From positions 640,001-704,000 of the forward strand of contig CAVPPB010000003.1 of the NCBI GenBank assembly GCA_963707215.1: a stretch of 64,000 nt of DNA. Direction: 5' to 3'. Positions 34,421 through 45,037 of this stretch are shown here, in pieces (within the stretch, counting starts at the first letter, position 1; every line of letters begins with the position of its first letter). Below the pieces are notes generated by a model. That model was not told where the DNA came from. It did no database searches and was given only the letters and a program-made list of their open reading frames with translations. Origin of the DNA: an uncultured Chloroflexia bacterium. Its GTDB lineage: Bacteria; Chloroflexota; Limnocylindria; Limnocylindrales; CSP1-4. The position numbers and the translations under genes are program-made.

Positions 34421-36462
34421 GCCTCGCTCCGCTCGATGAGCAGGCAGTCGAGCGCCGCTACCCGCGCTGTGTGGCCGGGAGGCACGAGAACGGTCGTGTC
34501 GAGTTGCTCGACGATGGCGGGTCCGACGAACCGGTCCCCCGGACCGAGCGCGGCCCGGTCGATCACGCGGGTGTCCAGGAAGGCGGCTGCCTCCGCGAAC
34601 CAGACCCGACGCGAGCGCTCGCCTCCCCCGGATCGGATGAACGCGCCCTCATGATGCGTCGTCGGCCGCGGGAACCGGCCGGTCGCGACGACTCGAACGG
34701 CGACCGACTCGACGGGCTGGTCCGGGGCGGCGTGGCCGTAGACGCGTTCGTGCTGGACGTGAAATCGCTCGACGATCCGGGCCACCGGCTCGCCGGGTCC
34801 CACCGGGACGGTCAGCGTCCACTCCTGGCCGACGGCTCGCAGGTCGATGGCACGCTCGAAGCGACGATCGGGTGGCTTGACCCGGTCGGCCGTGAGACGG
34901 TCGGCGGCCGCCGCCTCCAGGTCGGCGAAGGCGCGCTCGAGCCGGGCCTCGTCGAGTTCGGCCGCGAAGGCCAGCAGCGGGCCGGAGAGGTCGTGTCGGA
35001 GGTCGGTCGCCAGCAGGCCGAGCGCCGAGAGCAGGCCCGGTGTCCGGGGGATGCAGACGGCGGGCATGCCGAGTTCGGCCGCCAGTTGCACGGCGTGGAG
35101 GGGGCCGGCCCCGCCGCCGGCGACCAGGACCGCATCTCGCAGGTCGTCGCCGTGCCGGGCGGCCGTCGCGCGGATGGCCCCGATCATGTTCGCGTCGGCC
35201 ACGGCCACCACTCCCCGAGCGGCCTCATCGATCCCGAGGTCGAGCGGGCGTGCGACCCCCCGCTCGATGGCCTCCCGGGCCAGCCGGACATCGAGTCGGA
35301 CCTCCCCGCCCAGGAACGCGTCGGGGTCGAGCCGCCCGAGGACGAGGTGGGCGTCGGTCAGCGTCGGCGCGGTCCCGCCCGTGCCGTAGCAGGCCGGCCC
35401 CGGGTCGGCCCCGGCGCTCTGGGGACCCACACGGAGGGCACCGCCCGCGTCGACGGAGGCGATGCTCCCACCCCCGGCTCCGATGGCCTCGACCTCGAGG
35501 GTCGGGATCTGGAGCGGGAGGCCCGTCGGGAGCGTCATGCCGATCCGCATCCGTGGTGCCCCGTCGACGACGACCCCGATGTCGGCGCTGGTGCCGCCGA
35601 TGTCGAGCGTGACCGACTCGGAGAAGCCGACCGCCGCCGCGACATAGCTGCCACCGATCACGCCGGCGGCCGGCCCGGAGAGGACGAGCCGGTGGGCGTG
35701 CTCGCCGGTCGACCTGCGGGCCGTCGCCAGCCCGCCGTTGCTCTGCATCACGTGGAGAGGAACGCGGTACCCGGCCCTCGAGAGGTCGCCAGCCAGGGTG
35801 CCGATGTAGCGGTCCAGGAGCGGCGCGAGCGACGCGTTGGCCGCGGTCGTCGCGGTCCTCGGATACTCCCGCAGCTCCGGGCTCACCGCGCTCGATCGGG
35901 CGACATAGAGGTCCGGCGCGACGGACCGGACGATCGCCTCGACCTGTTCCTCGTGCCGCGGATCGACGAACGAGAACAGCATCGCGATCGCGATCGAGTC
36001 GACCCCCATGCCCACCAGTCGGCGAACCTGGGCAGCGACCTCGTCGGCGTCGATCGTCTCGAGCTCCGTCCCGTCGAAGGCGATGCGCCCGGCGATCTCG
36101 AGCCGCCGGTCCCGTGGGATCGGGACATGTCGGTCAGGCTGATGGAGCCGGTAGAGCGACGGTCGCTGCTGGGTCCCGATCTCGAGGACGTCGCGGAACC
36201 CACGGTTGGTCAGCAGACCCGCGGCCGCCAGCTCACCGGTGATGACGGCGTTCGTGGCGATCGTGGTGCCGTGGGCGACGAAGTCGATGTCGCCCGCCTC
36301 CGACCCTGCCGCGTCGAGCAGCCGGTGTAGCCCTTCGCTCACGGCAAGGTGGGGCTCTCTCGGGCGCGACGGCACCTTGGCGGTCACCAGGTCGCCGATC
36401 GCCGGATCCCACAGCACGCAGTCGGTGAAGGTGCCCCCCGTGTCGATCCCGACCCGTCGCAC
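34417..36462 (-). CDS. Hydantoinase A / oxoprolinase family protein (copy 1)
   Basis: GIDTGGTFTD, HGTTIATN, SGPAAG, DIGGTS, IGAGGGS, GGAGPLH. Confidence 0.92.
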   Translation of the reverse strand: MRRVGIDTGGTFTDCVLWDPAIGDLVTAKVPSRPREPHLAVSEGLHRLLDAAGSEAGDIDFVAHGTTIATNAVITGELAAAGLLTNRGFRDVLEIGTQQRPSLYRLHQPDRHVPIPRDRRLEIAGRIAFDGTELETIDADEVAAQVRRLVGMGVDSIAIAMLFSFVDPRHEEQVEAIVRSVAPDLYVARSSAVSPELREYPRTATTAANASLAPLLDRYIGTLAGDLSRAGYRVPLHVMQSNGGLATARRSTGEHAHRLVLSGPAAGVIGGSYVAAAVGFSESVTLDIGGTSADIGVVVDGAPRMRIGMTLPTGLPLQIPTLEVEAIGAGGGSIASVDAGGALRVGPQSAGADPGPACYGTGGTAPTLTDAHLVLGRLDPDAFLGGEVRLDVRLAREAIERGVARPLDLGIDEAARGVVAVADANMIGAIRATAARHGDDLRDAVLVAGGGAGPLHAVQLAAELGMPAVCIPRTPGLLSALGLLATDLRHDLSGPLLAFAAELDEARLERAFADLEAAAADRLTADRVKPPDRRFERAIDLRAVGQEWTLTVPVGPGEPVARIVERFHVQHERVYGHAAPDQPVESVAVRVVATGRFPRPTTHHEGAFIRSGGGERSRRVWFAEAAAFLDTRVIDRAALGPGDRFVGPAIVEQLDTTVLVPPGHTARVAALDCLLIERSEA

Positions 36463-36585
36463 GGCTACGGGTCCTGGCGCGAGGGACCGGAGGCCGGGAC
36501 GACCGGCAGCACGAGCCGCATTGGTCCATTCTGAAGGCAGATGGGGTGGTCGTGGTCGGCCATCCTGCCAGGAGCGGGGAGGGAG

Positions 36586-38671
36586 ATCGACGGATCGACG
36601 CAGCGACGGCGCCGAGCCCGACCGCGGCTGGCTGGTCGGGATCGACGTCGGCGGGACATTCACCGACGGGGTGGCCATCGGACCCGCGGGCGAGATGGTC
36701 GTCGCCAAGGTCGCCAGCAGCGCCCAGGACCCGGCCCAGGGCCTGATCGAGGCAGTGGATCGGCTGATCGAGGAGGGCATGCCCGGGACCGCGGTCCGGC
36801 TCGCCTTCCACGGGACGACCATCGCCACGAACGCGGTGATCACGGGGTCCCTCGCCCCGGTCACGCTCCTCGCCACCTCCGGCGGCACCGACGTCCTTGC
36901 CTACCGCAGCGGCCGTCGCCCGCGTATGTACGATCTCCGCCAGCCCCGGCCCGACCAGCTGGTCCCTGCCGAGCGGCGCGTCGGGGTGGCCGAGCGGCTG
37001 CGGGACGACGGTTCGGTGCATCGGGCCCTCGCGCCGGCCGAGATCGAGCGGCTGCTGGTCGAGCTGGAGGAGCGGCGGCCCGAGGCCGTGGCGATCAGCC
37101 TCCTGTTCAGCTACCGCAACGGCGACCACGAGCACCGGCTGGCCGAGGCGATCCGGGCCCGCTGGCCGTCGCTGGCCGTCGCTGTCTCGTCGGAGGTCGC
37201 CCGCGAGATCCGCGAGTACCCTCGCACCGTAACCACGGTCATCAACGCCGGGCTGCGGCCCGTCCTCGATCGATACATGTCTCAGGCGGCCGAGGCGCTC
37301 CGGGAGCGTCTCCCGGAGGCCCGACTCCTGGTCATGCAATCGAGCGGCGGCAGCGTCCCCTCGGAGCAGGCAGCCCTGGAAGCCCATCGCCTGCTCGTCT
37401 CCGGGCCGGCCGGCGGCGTGGCGGCCGCGGTGGCCGCGGCCGAGGGCCAGGGCGCCGGCGACCTGATCGCCCTCGACATGGGCGGGACATCGGCCGACGT
37501 ATCGCTGATCCGGGGCGGGCGGGCGCAGGTCGTCAGCGAGCAGGACGTCGACGGGCATCCCGTGCTGGCACCGGCGATCGACATCCGGACGATCGGCGCG
37601 GGTGGGGGATCCATCGTGACCGTCGATGCCGGCGGCTCGCTCCGGGTCGGTCCCGCGAGCGCCGGGTCCGAGCCCGGCCCCGCGAGCTACGGTCGGGGCG
37701 GAACGTCGGCCACGGTGACCGACGCCCATGTCGTCTGTGGTGTGCTGGGCGGGGGGATCCGCCTCGCTGGGACGCTCGAACTCGACCGGCGGCGGGCCAT
37801 CGAGGCCTTCGAGCCCCTCGCGTCGTCGCTCGCCCTGTCGGTCGAGGCGGCGGCCGAAGCGGCGCTCGAGGTCGCCACGGCCGGCCTGATCCGGGCCATC
37901 CGCGGGGTGACGGTCGAACGGGGGATCGATCCGGCCGAGTGTCGCCTGGTCGCCTACGGCGGAGCCGGCCCGCTCCACGCCGGGCGGCTCGTCCGCGAAC
38001 TCGGCCTGTCGGAGGCGATCGTCCCGGTCACGCCGGGGCTCTTCTCGGCACGCGGGCTGCTGGCGGCCGACATCCGGTACGACCTCGCCCAGACGATCCT
38101 CACGCGCTTTGAGGCCGGGACCGAAGCGGCGCTCGCCGAGTGGTTCTCTCGCGCACGCACCGAGCTGTCCGCACGCCTCGAGGCCGACGGTATCCCGCCA
38201 GCGGCTCGCCGGTTCGAGGCCCGGGCGGATTGCCGGTACCTGGGCCAGGGCTACGAGCTCGTCGTGACAGCCGGCACGGGCGACCGATCCGATGCCGCCC
38301 TGATCGGGGAGCGGTTCCACGCCGTCCACGTGGCGACGTATGGGCACGCCGCTCCCGATGAGCCCGTCGAGGTGGTGACCGCCCGGCTGGCCGCCTTCGG
38401 CGGCTTGCCGCGGCTGGCCGCCGCGACGCTTCCTGCAGGCGGCGAGCTCCCGCCCGAGGAGGCGCTCATGGAGCACCGGCCCGTGCTGTTCCCCGGAGCG
38501 ACGGAGCCGCAACCGGTCCCGGCGATCGATCGGTCGGTCCTGCTCGCCGGCAACCGGGTACCAGGGCCGGCCATCGTCCATCAGCTCGACGCGACCACCG
38601 TCGTGCTCGAGGGCCAGACGGCGCTCGTCGACGAGCGCGGGGACCTCCGCCTTGCGGAGGACAGCCGGTGA
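36586..38671 (+). CDS. Hydantoinase A / oxoprolinase family protein (copy 2); start uncertain
   Basis: GIDVGGTFTD, HGTTIATN, SGPAGG, DMGGTS; after a strong SD the sequence reads ATCG, probably ATG plus an inserted C. Confidence 0.88.
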
Positions 38672-40272
38672 ACCGGACCACCCGCTTCGAGGTCCTCCAT
38701 GCCGCGCTCCTCTCGGCCACCGACGAGATGGGGATCGTCCTCAAGCGCTCGAGCCACAGCCCGATCATCCGCGAGATGGATGACTTCAGCTGCGCGATCT
38801 TCGATGCCGAGGGATCGCTCGTCGCCCAGGGCGACTTCATCCCGGCCCAGCTCGGGGCGATGAGCACCGTCGTCCGGTCGACCCTGGCGCGCCATCGAGA
38901 CTCCGTGGCCGAGGGCGATGTCTTCATCGCCAACGACCCGTACGACGGCGGCGCCCACACCCTCGACGTCAACGTGCTCGCGCCGATCTTCGTCGATGGT
39001 CGGCTCGTGGCCTGGTCCGGGACGGCGGCCCACCATGCCGACTTCGGCGGTCCCAACCCGGGCACCGAGGGTCCGGCCCTCGGCGATCTGTTCGCCGAGG
39101 GCCTGGTGCTGCCCCCGATCCACCTTCACCGGGCCGGCCGCCCCATCGACGACGTCTACGACCTGGTCGCGGCCAATGTCCGCGAGCCGGTGGCGACCCT
39201 CTCCGACCTCCGGGCCCAGGTCGCGGCCTGTGCGGCCGGAGGTCGAAGGGTGCTCGAGCTGGTCGACCGCTACGGGGTCGACGTCCTGACGGCGACGCTG
39301 GCGGAGGTGCTCGACTACGGCGAGCGCCGGGCTGCGGCGCGACTGGCCGAGCTGCCGGACGGCATGACCGAGGCCGAGGGCTTCCTCGACGACGACGGCC
39401 GGGATGGTCCCCCGACGAGGATCCACGCCCGCCTGGTCAAGCGCGGCGGGACCCTGACGGTAGACCTGAGTGGCTCGGCGCCGCAGATCGCCGGCGCGCT
39501 CAACAACCCCTGGGCCACCACGCGCGCCTGCGTCGTCTACCTGGTGAAGGCGCTCACGGACCCGGAGTTCCCGTTCAACGACGGGGCGATGCGGGTCATC
39601 GACATCGTCTGCCCGGAGGGGTCGGTCCTGCGCCCACGCCGGCCGGGGGCAGTGAGCGTCCGGCACCTCACGGCGCAGAGGACCGCGGACACCCTGGTCC
39701 GGGCAGCCGGGGCACTCTGGCCCCGACTCGACGTCGGGAGCGGCATGGTCGGCTTCTTCGGCTTCAACCTTGCCTGCACGTCGCGCCGGACAGGTCGCCG
39801 GACGACGATGCAGGACGTCCTGGGTGGCGGCACCGGGGGGCACCCGGGCGACGGCGGGCTGGACGGGGTCGACACGTACATGTCGAACGTCGGCCTGCTG
39901 CCCATCGAGGTCGCCGAGAGCGAGTACCCGGTCCTCGTGCTCGATACGTCGCTGCTGCCCGACAGCGGTGGCGCCGGGCAGCACCCCGGTGGCTCCGGGA
40001 TCCGCCGGGACTACCTCGTGTTGGAAGGACCGGACCACGCCACGGTCTACTGCGAGCAGAGCGACGACCGCTTCGTCCCCCGGGGTGTGGCCGGCGGGGA
40101 GGACGGCAGCCCGACCCGGTTCCGGATCCTCGACCCGGACGGGAACGTCATCCCGACCCGTTCCAAGACGACGGTCACGCTCCAGCCGGGTTCGCGCGTC
40201 ATCGTGGAGACGGGCGGCGGGGGCGGCTGGGGAGATCCCGGGGCCGTGTCGACCGACGCCTCGGCACCCTGA
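38668..40272 (+). CDS. Hydantoinase B / oxoprolinase family protein (copy 2)
   Basis: SPIIREMDDFSC, NDPYDGGAH..D, HHADFGG, TGGGGGWG; GTGA overlap with upstream gene. Confidence 0.92.
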   Translation: MNRTTRFEVLHAALLSATDEMGIVLKRSSHSPIIREMDDFSCAIFDAEGSLVAQGDFIPAQLGAMSTVVRSTLARHRDSVAEGDVFIANDPYDGGAHTLDVNVLAPIFVDGRLVAWSGTAAHHADFGGPNPGTEGPALGDLFAEGLVLPPIHLHRAGRPIDDVYDLVAANVREPVATLSDLRAQVAACAAGGRRVLELVDRYGVDVLTATLAEVLDYGERRAAARLAELPDGMTEAEGFLDDDGRDGPPTRIHARLVKRGGTLTVDLSGSAPQIAGALNNPWATTRACVVYLVKALTDPEFPFNDGAMRVIDIVCPEGSVLRPRRPGAVSVRHLTAQRTADTLVRAAGALWPRLDVGSGMVGFFGFNLACTSRRTGRRTTMQDVLGGGTGGHPGDGGLDGVDTYMSNVGLLPIEVAESEYPVLVLDTSLLPDSGGAGQHPGGSGIRRDYLVLEGPDHATVYCEQSDDRFVPRGVAGGEDGSPTRFRILDPDGNVIPTRSKTTVTLQPGSRVIVETGGGGGWGDPGAVSTDASAP

Positions 40273-40286
40273 AGGGCCCTCGGCCG

Positions 40287-40311
40287 GACGGCCTCCCGAA
40301 GGAGGTCCGTC
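40287..40311. terminator. Hairpin between convergent operons
   Basis: GACGGCCTCC-CGAA-GGAGG(T)CCGTC; no U-tract. Confidence 0.45.
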
Positions 40312-40326
40312 AGCGCAGGCGCGGGA

Positions 40327-40488
40327 TCAGTGGTGCTCTGCGATCCGGACGCACTCGAGGCCCCCGGCCCCCGCCAGGTCGAGAGCCGGGGCGAAGGGAT
40401 CGACCTGCGGGCGAGGGTCGCCGGGGTACCGCTGGCCGGTGACGAGCTCGGACCCGAACCGGACGGATCCGCCGGCCGAAGGGCTCAC
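40327..40488 (-). pseudogene. Truncated LLM-class (luciferase-like) flavin monooxygenase N-terminus
   Basis: GTG overlapping C45 stop; VRFG..VTGQRYPGDPR...GLECVRIAEHH then stop; resembles LLM 'xRFG...GfdxvWxaEHH'. Confidence 0.6.
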
Positions 40489-41657
40489 CGGGCCACGCCC
40501 GCCGGGGCCCCGTCGCGCAACGGCGACGGCTTGGCGAGGAACTCCCGGTAGTCGAGACGTCGGTAGCCGGCCGTGCAGGGATGGCCGTCGGCGACCCACA
40601 TCGTCCGCGCATCGAGGTCCATGAGGACCGAGGCGATGGTCGCACTCTGGTCCAGCCGATCCATCCGGGGGTCGGGGTGACAGCAGATGCCGGATGGGTA
40701 GTTGGCATGGTCGGCCAGGAGGCCCGCGAGGTCGTCCATCGAGAGCCCCCCGCCGGCCGCGCCGGCCGCGCCGACGGCCGTCCGGAGCCGCTCCAGGCGG
40801 AACGGGCTGTCGGCCATGGCCCAGAGGGACACGTCGCGCACCGGGAGCCGATCGGCGAGGAAGTGGTTCGTGTGCAGGAGGATCCCGTCGTCGGGGTACG
40901 ACAGGTAGAGCCGGCTGAAGTCACCGGGTGACGCCTCGACATCGACCGCCATGCCGTCCCGGTGGGCCACCAGGTAGTTGGCGCTCGAGGAGCGACGGCC
41001 AGCCTGGAGCGCCACCAGGGCGTCGGACAGGACCTCCGCGTCGAGGATCGACCGGAGGAGGACGTGGTAGGGCAGGCCCGGCTCGCCGCGGTCGTGGTCG
41101 GTGACCAGGGCGTTCGTGGCAAGCCCGATCCCGGAGGAGTTCATGCCGGTCTTGGCGAGCAGACCCGCCTCGACGACGGTGACGAAGTCGGGCCCGTCCT
41201 CCTGCTCGGCCTCGAGGACGACGACGGTATCGTCGCAGTGGAGCAGCCAGTCCCAGTTCTGGCCGATGAGGGTGTGGCCATCTTCCGACGCCTCGGGTAG
41301 GACCGCGATCGCGCTGCACTCGAGCGGCGGCGCCCCGGCAGCCTCGGCCTGGCGGGCCCTCGCGGCGAACATGACCTCGGTCCGAACGTTGATCGCCAGG
41401 ATGTCCGCGAGGTCGGTCCCGGCCCCGTCGGCGATCCCGCGCATCTCCTCCACGGCCTTCGGGACGTGGGCCGAGATGACCGGCAGGTAGGCCAGGGCCT
41501 GCTCGCGGACGTGCGACCAATCCCATGAGGCGTACGCCTGGAACACCTCCCGGTAGGCCGCGATCGACGTCGCCACCCGGTCGGCGACCGCACTCCCGTA
41601 CGCCTCACCGCGCTCGAGCGGGCCGCCGGCCACGCGGACGTGGGGAAAGGTCGTCAT
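40485..41657 (-). CDS. C45 family peptidase / acyltransferase (Ntn hydrolase)
   Basis: NVRTE, E|CSAI autoprocessing Cys, GQNWDW, GMNSSG, HTNHF. Confidence 0.9.
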   Translation of the reverse strand: MTTFPHVRVAGGPLERGEAYGSAVADRVATSIAAYREVFQAYASWDWSHVREQALAYLPVISAHVPKAVEEMRGIADGAGTDLADILAINVRTEVMFAARARQAEAAGAPPLECSAIAVLPEASEDGHTLIGQNWDWLLHCDDTVVVLEAEQEDGPDFVTVVEAGLLAKTGMNSSGIGLATNALVTDHDRGEPGLPYHVLLRSILDAEVLSDALVALQAGRRSSSANYLVAHRDGMAVDVEASPGDFSRLYLSYPDDGILLHTNHFLADRLPVRDVSLWAMADSPFRLERLRTAVGAAGAAGGGLSMDDLAGLLADHANYPSGICCHPDPRMDRLDQSATIASVLMDLDARTMWVADGHPCTAGYRRLDYREFLAKPSPLRDGAPAGVAR

Positions 41658-41677
41658 GGCACCCCCTCCGTCGTTCG

Positions 41678-42451
41678 TCACGTCGTCAAGGCGCCGCCAT
41701 CCACCGGCAGGACGGCGCCGGTGATGTAGGCGGCGGAGTCTGAGGCGAGGAAGGCGATCGCCGCGGCGACCTCCACGGCCTGCCCGACCCGACCGAGCGG
41801 GACCCGGCCCTCGAGATAGGCTCGCCCGTCCGGCGTCTCCGGGCGCATCAGGAGCATCGGCGTGTCGATGAGCCCCGGAGCTACGGCGTTGACCCGGATC
41901 CCGAGGTGCCCCCACTCGGCCGCAAGCTGACGTGTGAGAGCCACGATGCCGCTCTTGGCCGCCGAATATGCCGGAGCCGGCTCGCTCCGGTCGCCCTGGA
42001 AGGCCGCAATCGAGCTGACGTTGACGATCGCCCCTGGCAGCCCGGCATCGGCGAGGCGCCGGGCCACGGCGCCGGCCATGAGATAGGGGGCGCGGAGATT
42101 GGCCGAGAGCACGTCGTCCCAGGTCGCGGCGTCGACGTCCAGGGCCGGTCCGACCCGATAGATGCCGGCTGCGTTGACGAGGACGTCGGCGGGACCGTCC
42201 AGGATCGAGGTCGCGCGAGCCACGGCGTCGCCGGCGTCCGGGTCGAGCCCGACGTCGGCGGTGACCCACCGCACCCCGAGGTCGGCCGCCGCGGCCTCGG
42301 CCTCGACGCGGTCGACGATGACGACGGACGCGCCGCCGTCCCGGAGGAGCCGGGCGGTCGCCAGCCCGATGCCCGACGCCCCGCCCGTGACGATCGCACG
42401 CCGGCCGGTGAACCGCGGGGTAGCCGCACCCGGAGCGCCGTTCGTCGTCAT
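41678..42451 (-). CDS. SDR family oxidoreductase
   Basis: TGGASGIG, VNAAG, YSAAK, NAVAPG, VDGG. Confidence 0.93.
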   Translation of the reverse strand: MTTNGAPGAATPRFTGRRAIVTGGASGIGLATARLLRDGGASVVIVDRVEAEAAAADLGVRWVTADVGLDPDAGDAVARATSILDGPADVLVNAAGIYRVGPALDVDAATWDDVLSANLRAPYLMAGAVARRLADAGLPGAIVNVSSIAAFQGDRSEPAPAYSAAKSGIVALTRQLAAEWGHLGIRVNAVAPGLIDTPMLLMRPETPDGRAYLEGRVPLGRVGQAVEVAAAIAFLASDSAAYITGAVLPVDGGALTT

Positions 42452-43224
42452 GTCCGAAGGACGCCGCCGTTGACGCCGATCGTCTGCCCGGTCACGTAGG
42501 CTGCATCCTCGGAGGCCAGCCAGACCACGGCTCCCGCGATGTCGTCCCCGGTGCCGTGGCGTCCCAGCGGGATCGTCCGCCGCACCTCCTCGACGAGCGA
42601 CTCGAAGGAGGCGCCGGTCGCCGCCGCCCTCGCTCGGAGGTCGTCCCAGTGCATCTCGGTCGCCATGTTGCCGGGCGAGACCGTGTTGACGCGGATCCCG
42701 TGCGGGCCGAGCTCGGCCGCCAGGGCCTGGGTGGCGGTCGACACCCCACCCTTCGAGGCGCCATAGGCCACCCCACCGGCCACGCCGTGCTGACCGAAGA
42801 TCGAGCCGATGTTGACGATGGATCCGGCCCGTCCGCTCGCCACCCACCCGCGGGCGACCTCCCGGGCGGCGAGGATCGTCCCGAGGAGGTTGACGTCGAG
42901 GACCCGTCGGATCTCCTCGACCGAGGTGTCGACGAGATCGGTGACGCCGCCGCCGATGCCTGCGACGTTCACGAGCAGATCGAGCGGACCGAGGCGGTCG
43001 ATGGCCGCACGGACCGCCCGCTCGACGTCGGCCGGATCGGAGACGTCGGCGACGATGCCGATCGCGCGCCGGTCGCCGTGCTCCCCAGCCAGGGCAGACG
43101 CCGTCGTCCGGACCGTCGCCGCGATGTCGACGAGCGCGACCGCCCATCCGTCGTCCACGAGCCTGGCGGCCACTCCCTCGCCGAGCCCGCGAGCGGCTCC
43201 GGTGACGAGGGCGGTCCCGGTCAT
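42448..43224 (-). CDS. SDR family oxidoreductase
   Basis: TGAARGLG, YGASK, VNTVSPG, YVTGQ. Confidence 0.93.
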   Translation of the reverse strand: MTGTALVTGAARGLGEGVAARLVDDGWAVALVDIAATVRTTASALAGEHGDRRAIGIVADVSDPADVERAVRAAIDRLGPLDLLVNVAGIGGGVTDLVDTSVEEIRRVLDVNLLGTILAAREVARGWVASGRAGSIVNIGSIFGQHGVAGGVAYGASKGGVSTATQALAAELGPHGIRVNTVSPGNMATEMHWDDLRARAAATGASFESLVEEVRRTIPLGRHGTGDDIAGAVVWLASEDAAYVTGQTIGVNGGVLRT

Positions 43225-44006
43225 GGGACGCGCTCGGCCACCTCGCCGCAGGTGGCGAGCCAGACATCATCGAGCCCACGAGCGAAGTCGAGGATGGCGC
43301 CGAGGAGCGGCAGCCGGCCGGGTCGGCCGATGATCTGCGGATGCATCGTCAGGAGGGCAAGACCGCCCATCTCCCGGACGCCCAGGATCTCGGCCTCCCA
43401 GATCGCCCGGACCTCCGCCACCGTCGAGATCTTCTTCGTCCAGCTGGCCCCGTCGAACATGAAGTGGGGCGCGTCATCGAGGATCCACTGGATCGGTAGC
43501 TCGACGATCCCCGAGCCCTCGTGGCGGTACGGCCGGATGTCATCCATCAGATTCGAGGCATAGGCGAAGTCGTGCTGGCGGAGCAGGTCGAGCGTGTTCG
43601 GACTCAGGTCCCAGGACGGCGAGCGGTACCCGCGGACGCGCGCCCCGAGGCCCTCGAGCACTTCGCGCCCCCTGAGCAGCTCATCTTCCTCCTCGGCCCG
43701 GGACAGTCTGGTCGGCGATGTGTGGGTGTAGCCGTGGTGGGCGACCTCGTGTCCGGCGGCCAGGATCTCCTCCACCCGGCCGGGATGACGCTCGGCCACC
43801 CGGCCCGGCACGAAGAAGGTCGCCCGGATCCCGTGGCGACCGAGGAGCTCGAGGATGGCTGGCACGGCGACCTTGGCGCCGTAGGTCCCCTGCGACAGGA
43901 CGCCGGGCTTGTCCGCGTTGGCTGGGTCTTCGCCGATCCAGAGCTCCTCGGCGTCGAAGTCGAACGAGACGACGATGACGGCCCGCTTGCCGCCCGGCCA
44001 CCACAC
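43221..44006 (-). CDS. Polysaccharide deacetylase (CE4), PuuE/HP0310-like
   Basis: WPGGKR..SFDFDAE, YG..V.VP.IL, TFFVPG, HEVAHHGYTH, GYRSP, TMHPQIIGRP; no signal peptide. Confidence 0.88.
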   Translation of the reverse strand: MWWPGGKRAVIVVSFDFDAEELWIGEDPANADKPGVLSQGTYGAKVAVPAILELLGRHGIRATFFVPGRVAERHPGRVEEILAAGHEVAHHGYTHTSPTRLSRAEEEDELLRGREVLEGLGARVRGYRSPSWDLSPNTLDLLRQHDFAYASNLMDDIRPYRHEGSGIVELPIQWILDDAPHFMFDGASWTKKISTVAEVRAIWEAEILGVREMGGLALLTMHPQIIGRPGRLPLLGAILDFARGLDDVWLATCGEVAERVP

Positions 44007-44008
44007 GG

Positions 44009-45037
44009 TCAGGTTCCCTCGTCGCCGGGTCCGGGGGCTCCCTCGGCCTGGCCACGATCGGGGCGACGGACCCGACTCGAGATCGCCGCGACGACGCGGT
44101 CGACGATCTGCATGATGCCGCCGGGGAAGAACAGGACCGTCAGGACGATGAGTCCGCCGAGGACCCCGAGGCGCAGGCTGCCGGCGACCCGCAGGTACTC
44201 GCTCCCGAAGGTGACGACGACGGCCCCGAGGATCGGCCCGAGGAAGGTGCCGGCACCGCCGAGCAGCCACATCGCGACCACCATCAGGAACTGGTCGATC
44301 CCGAGCATGCCCGGCGAGATCTGACCGAGCGTATGGGCGAAGAACCCGCCGGCCAGCCCGGTCACGAATGCCGAGATGGCGAACACCTTGAGCCCCTGGC
44401 GGAACCTCGACACCCCGAGGGCGACGGCGAAGTCCTCCGAATCCCGAAGCGCGACGAAGACCATCCCGGTCGTGCCCTTGACGATCCTGTAGAGGATGGT
44501 CATGGCCACGACGCAGAAGACGAGCGTGATGTAGTAGGCCTGCCACTTCTGGAGGTCGGGCAGGAACTCGGGGATCCCGAGGAGGCCGATCCCGCCGCCC
44601 GTCCACTCCCGAAGGATCGAGATGATCGAGGGCAGGGCGTCGGCGAAGACGAGGGTGAGCAGGGCGATATAGATGCCACGGAGTCGCAGGACCGGGAACC
44701 CGAGCAGGACGGTGACGATCACCATCGTGGCGGTGGCCCCCACCCAGATCGTCAGCCAGGGCGAGACCCCGAGCTCCTTGGCCATCACCGCCGAGATATA
44801 GGCCCCGAGAGCGAAGAAGCCGAGGTTGCCCAGGGAGAGGATGCCCGCGTAGCCGTTGAGCAGGTTCCAGTACGAGGCCACCACGATCCAGATGAACGTG
44901 AGCCCGGCGACGTGGAGGAGGAAGCGGCTCGCACCGAGATAGGGCACTGCGGCCAGGACCGCGATGGTGACGATCGCCAGGAGCAGTGGGATCCGGTCCC
45001 GCCCGGCGAGGCGACGGACCGCGGGGGCTGCGTTCAC
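44009..45037 (-). CDS. Branched-chain amino acid-type ABC permease (LivM-like)
   Basis: GYAGILSLG, LRLRGIYIAL, GG.GT..GPILGA. Confidence 0.92.
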   Translation of the reverse strand: MNAAPAVRRLAGRDRIPLLLAIVTIAVLAAVPYLGASRFLLHVAGLTFIWIVVASYWNLLNGYAGILSLGNLGFFALGAYISAVMAKELGVSPWLTIWVGATATMVIVTVLLGFPVLRLRGIYIALLTLVFADALPSIISILREWTGGGIGLLGIPEFLPDLQKWQAYYITLVFCVVAMTILYRIVKGTTGMVFVALRDSEDFAVALGVSRFRQGLKVFAISAFVTGLAGGFFAHTLGQISPGMLGIDQFLMVVAMWLLGGAGTFLGPILGAVVVTFGSEYLRVAGSLRLGVLGGLIVLTVLFFPGGIMQIVDRVVAAISSRVRRPDRGQAEGAPGPGDEGT

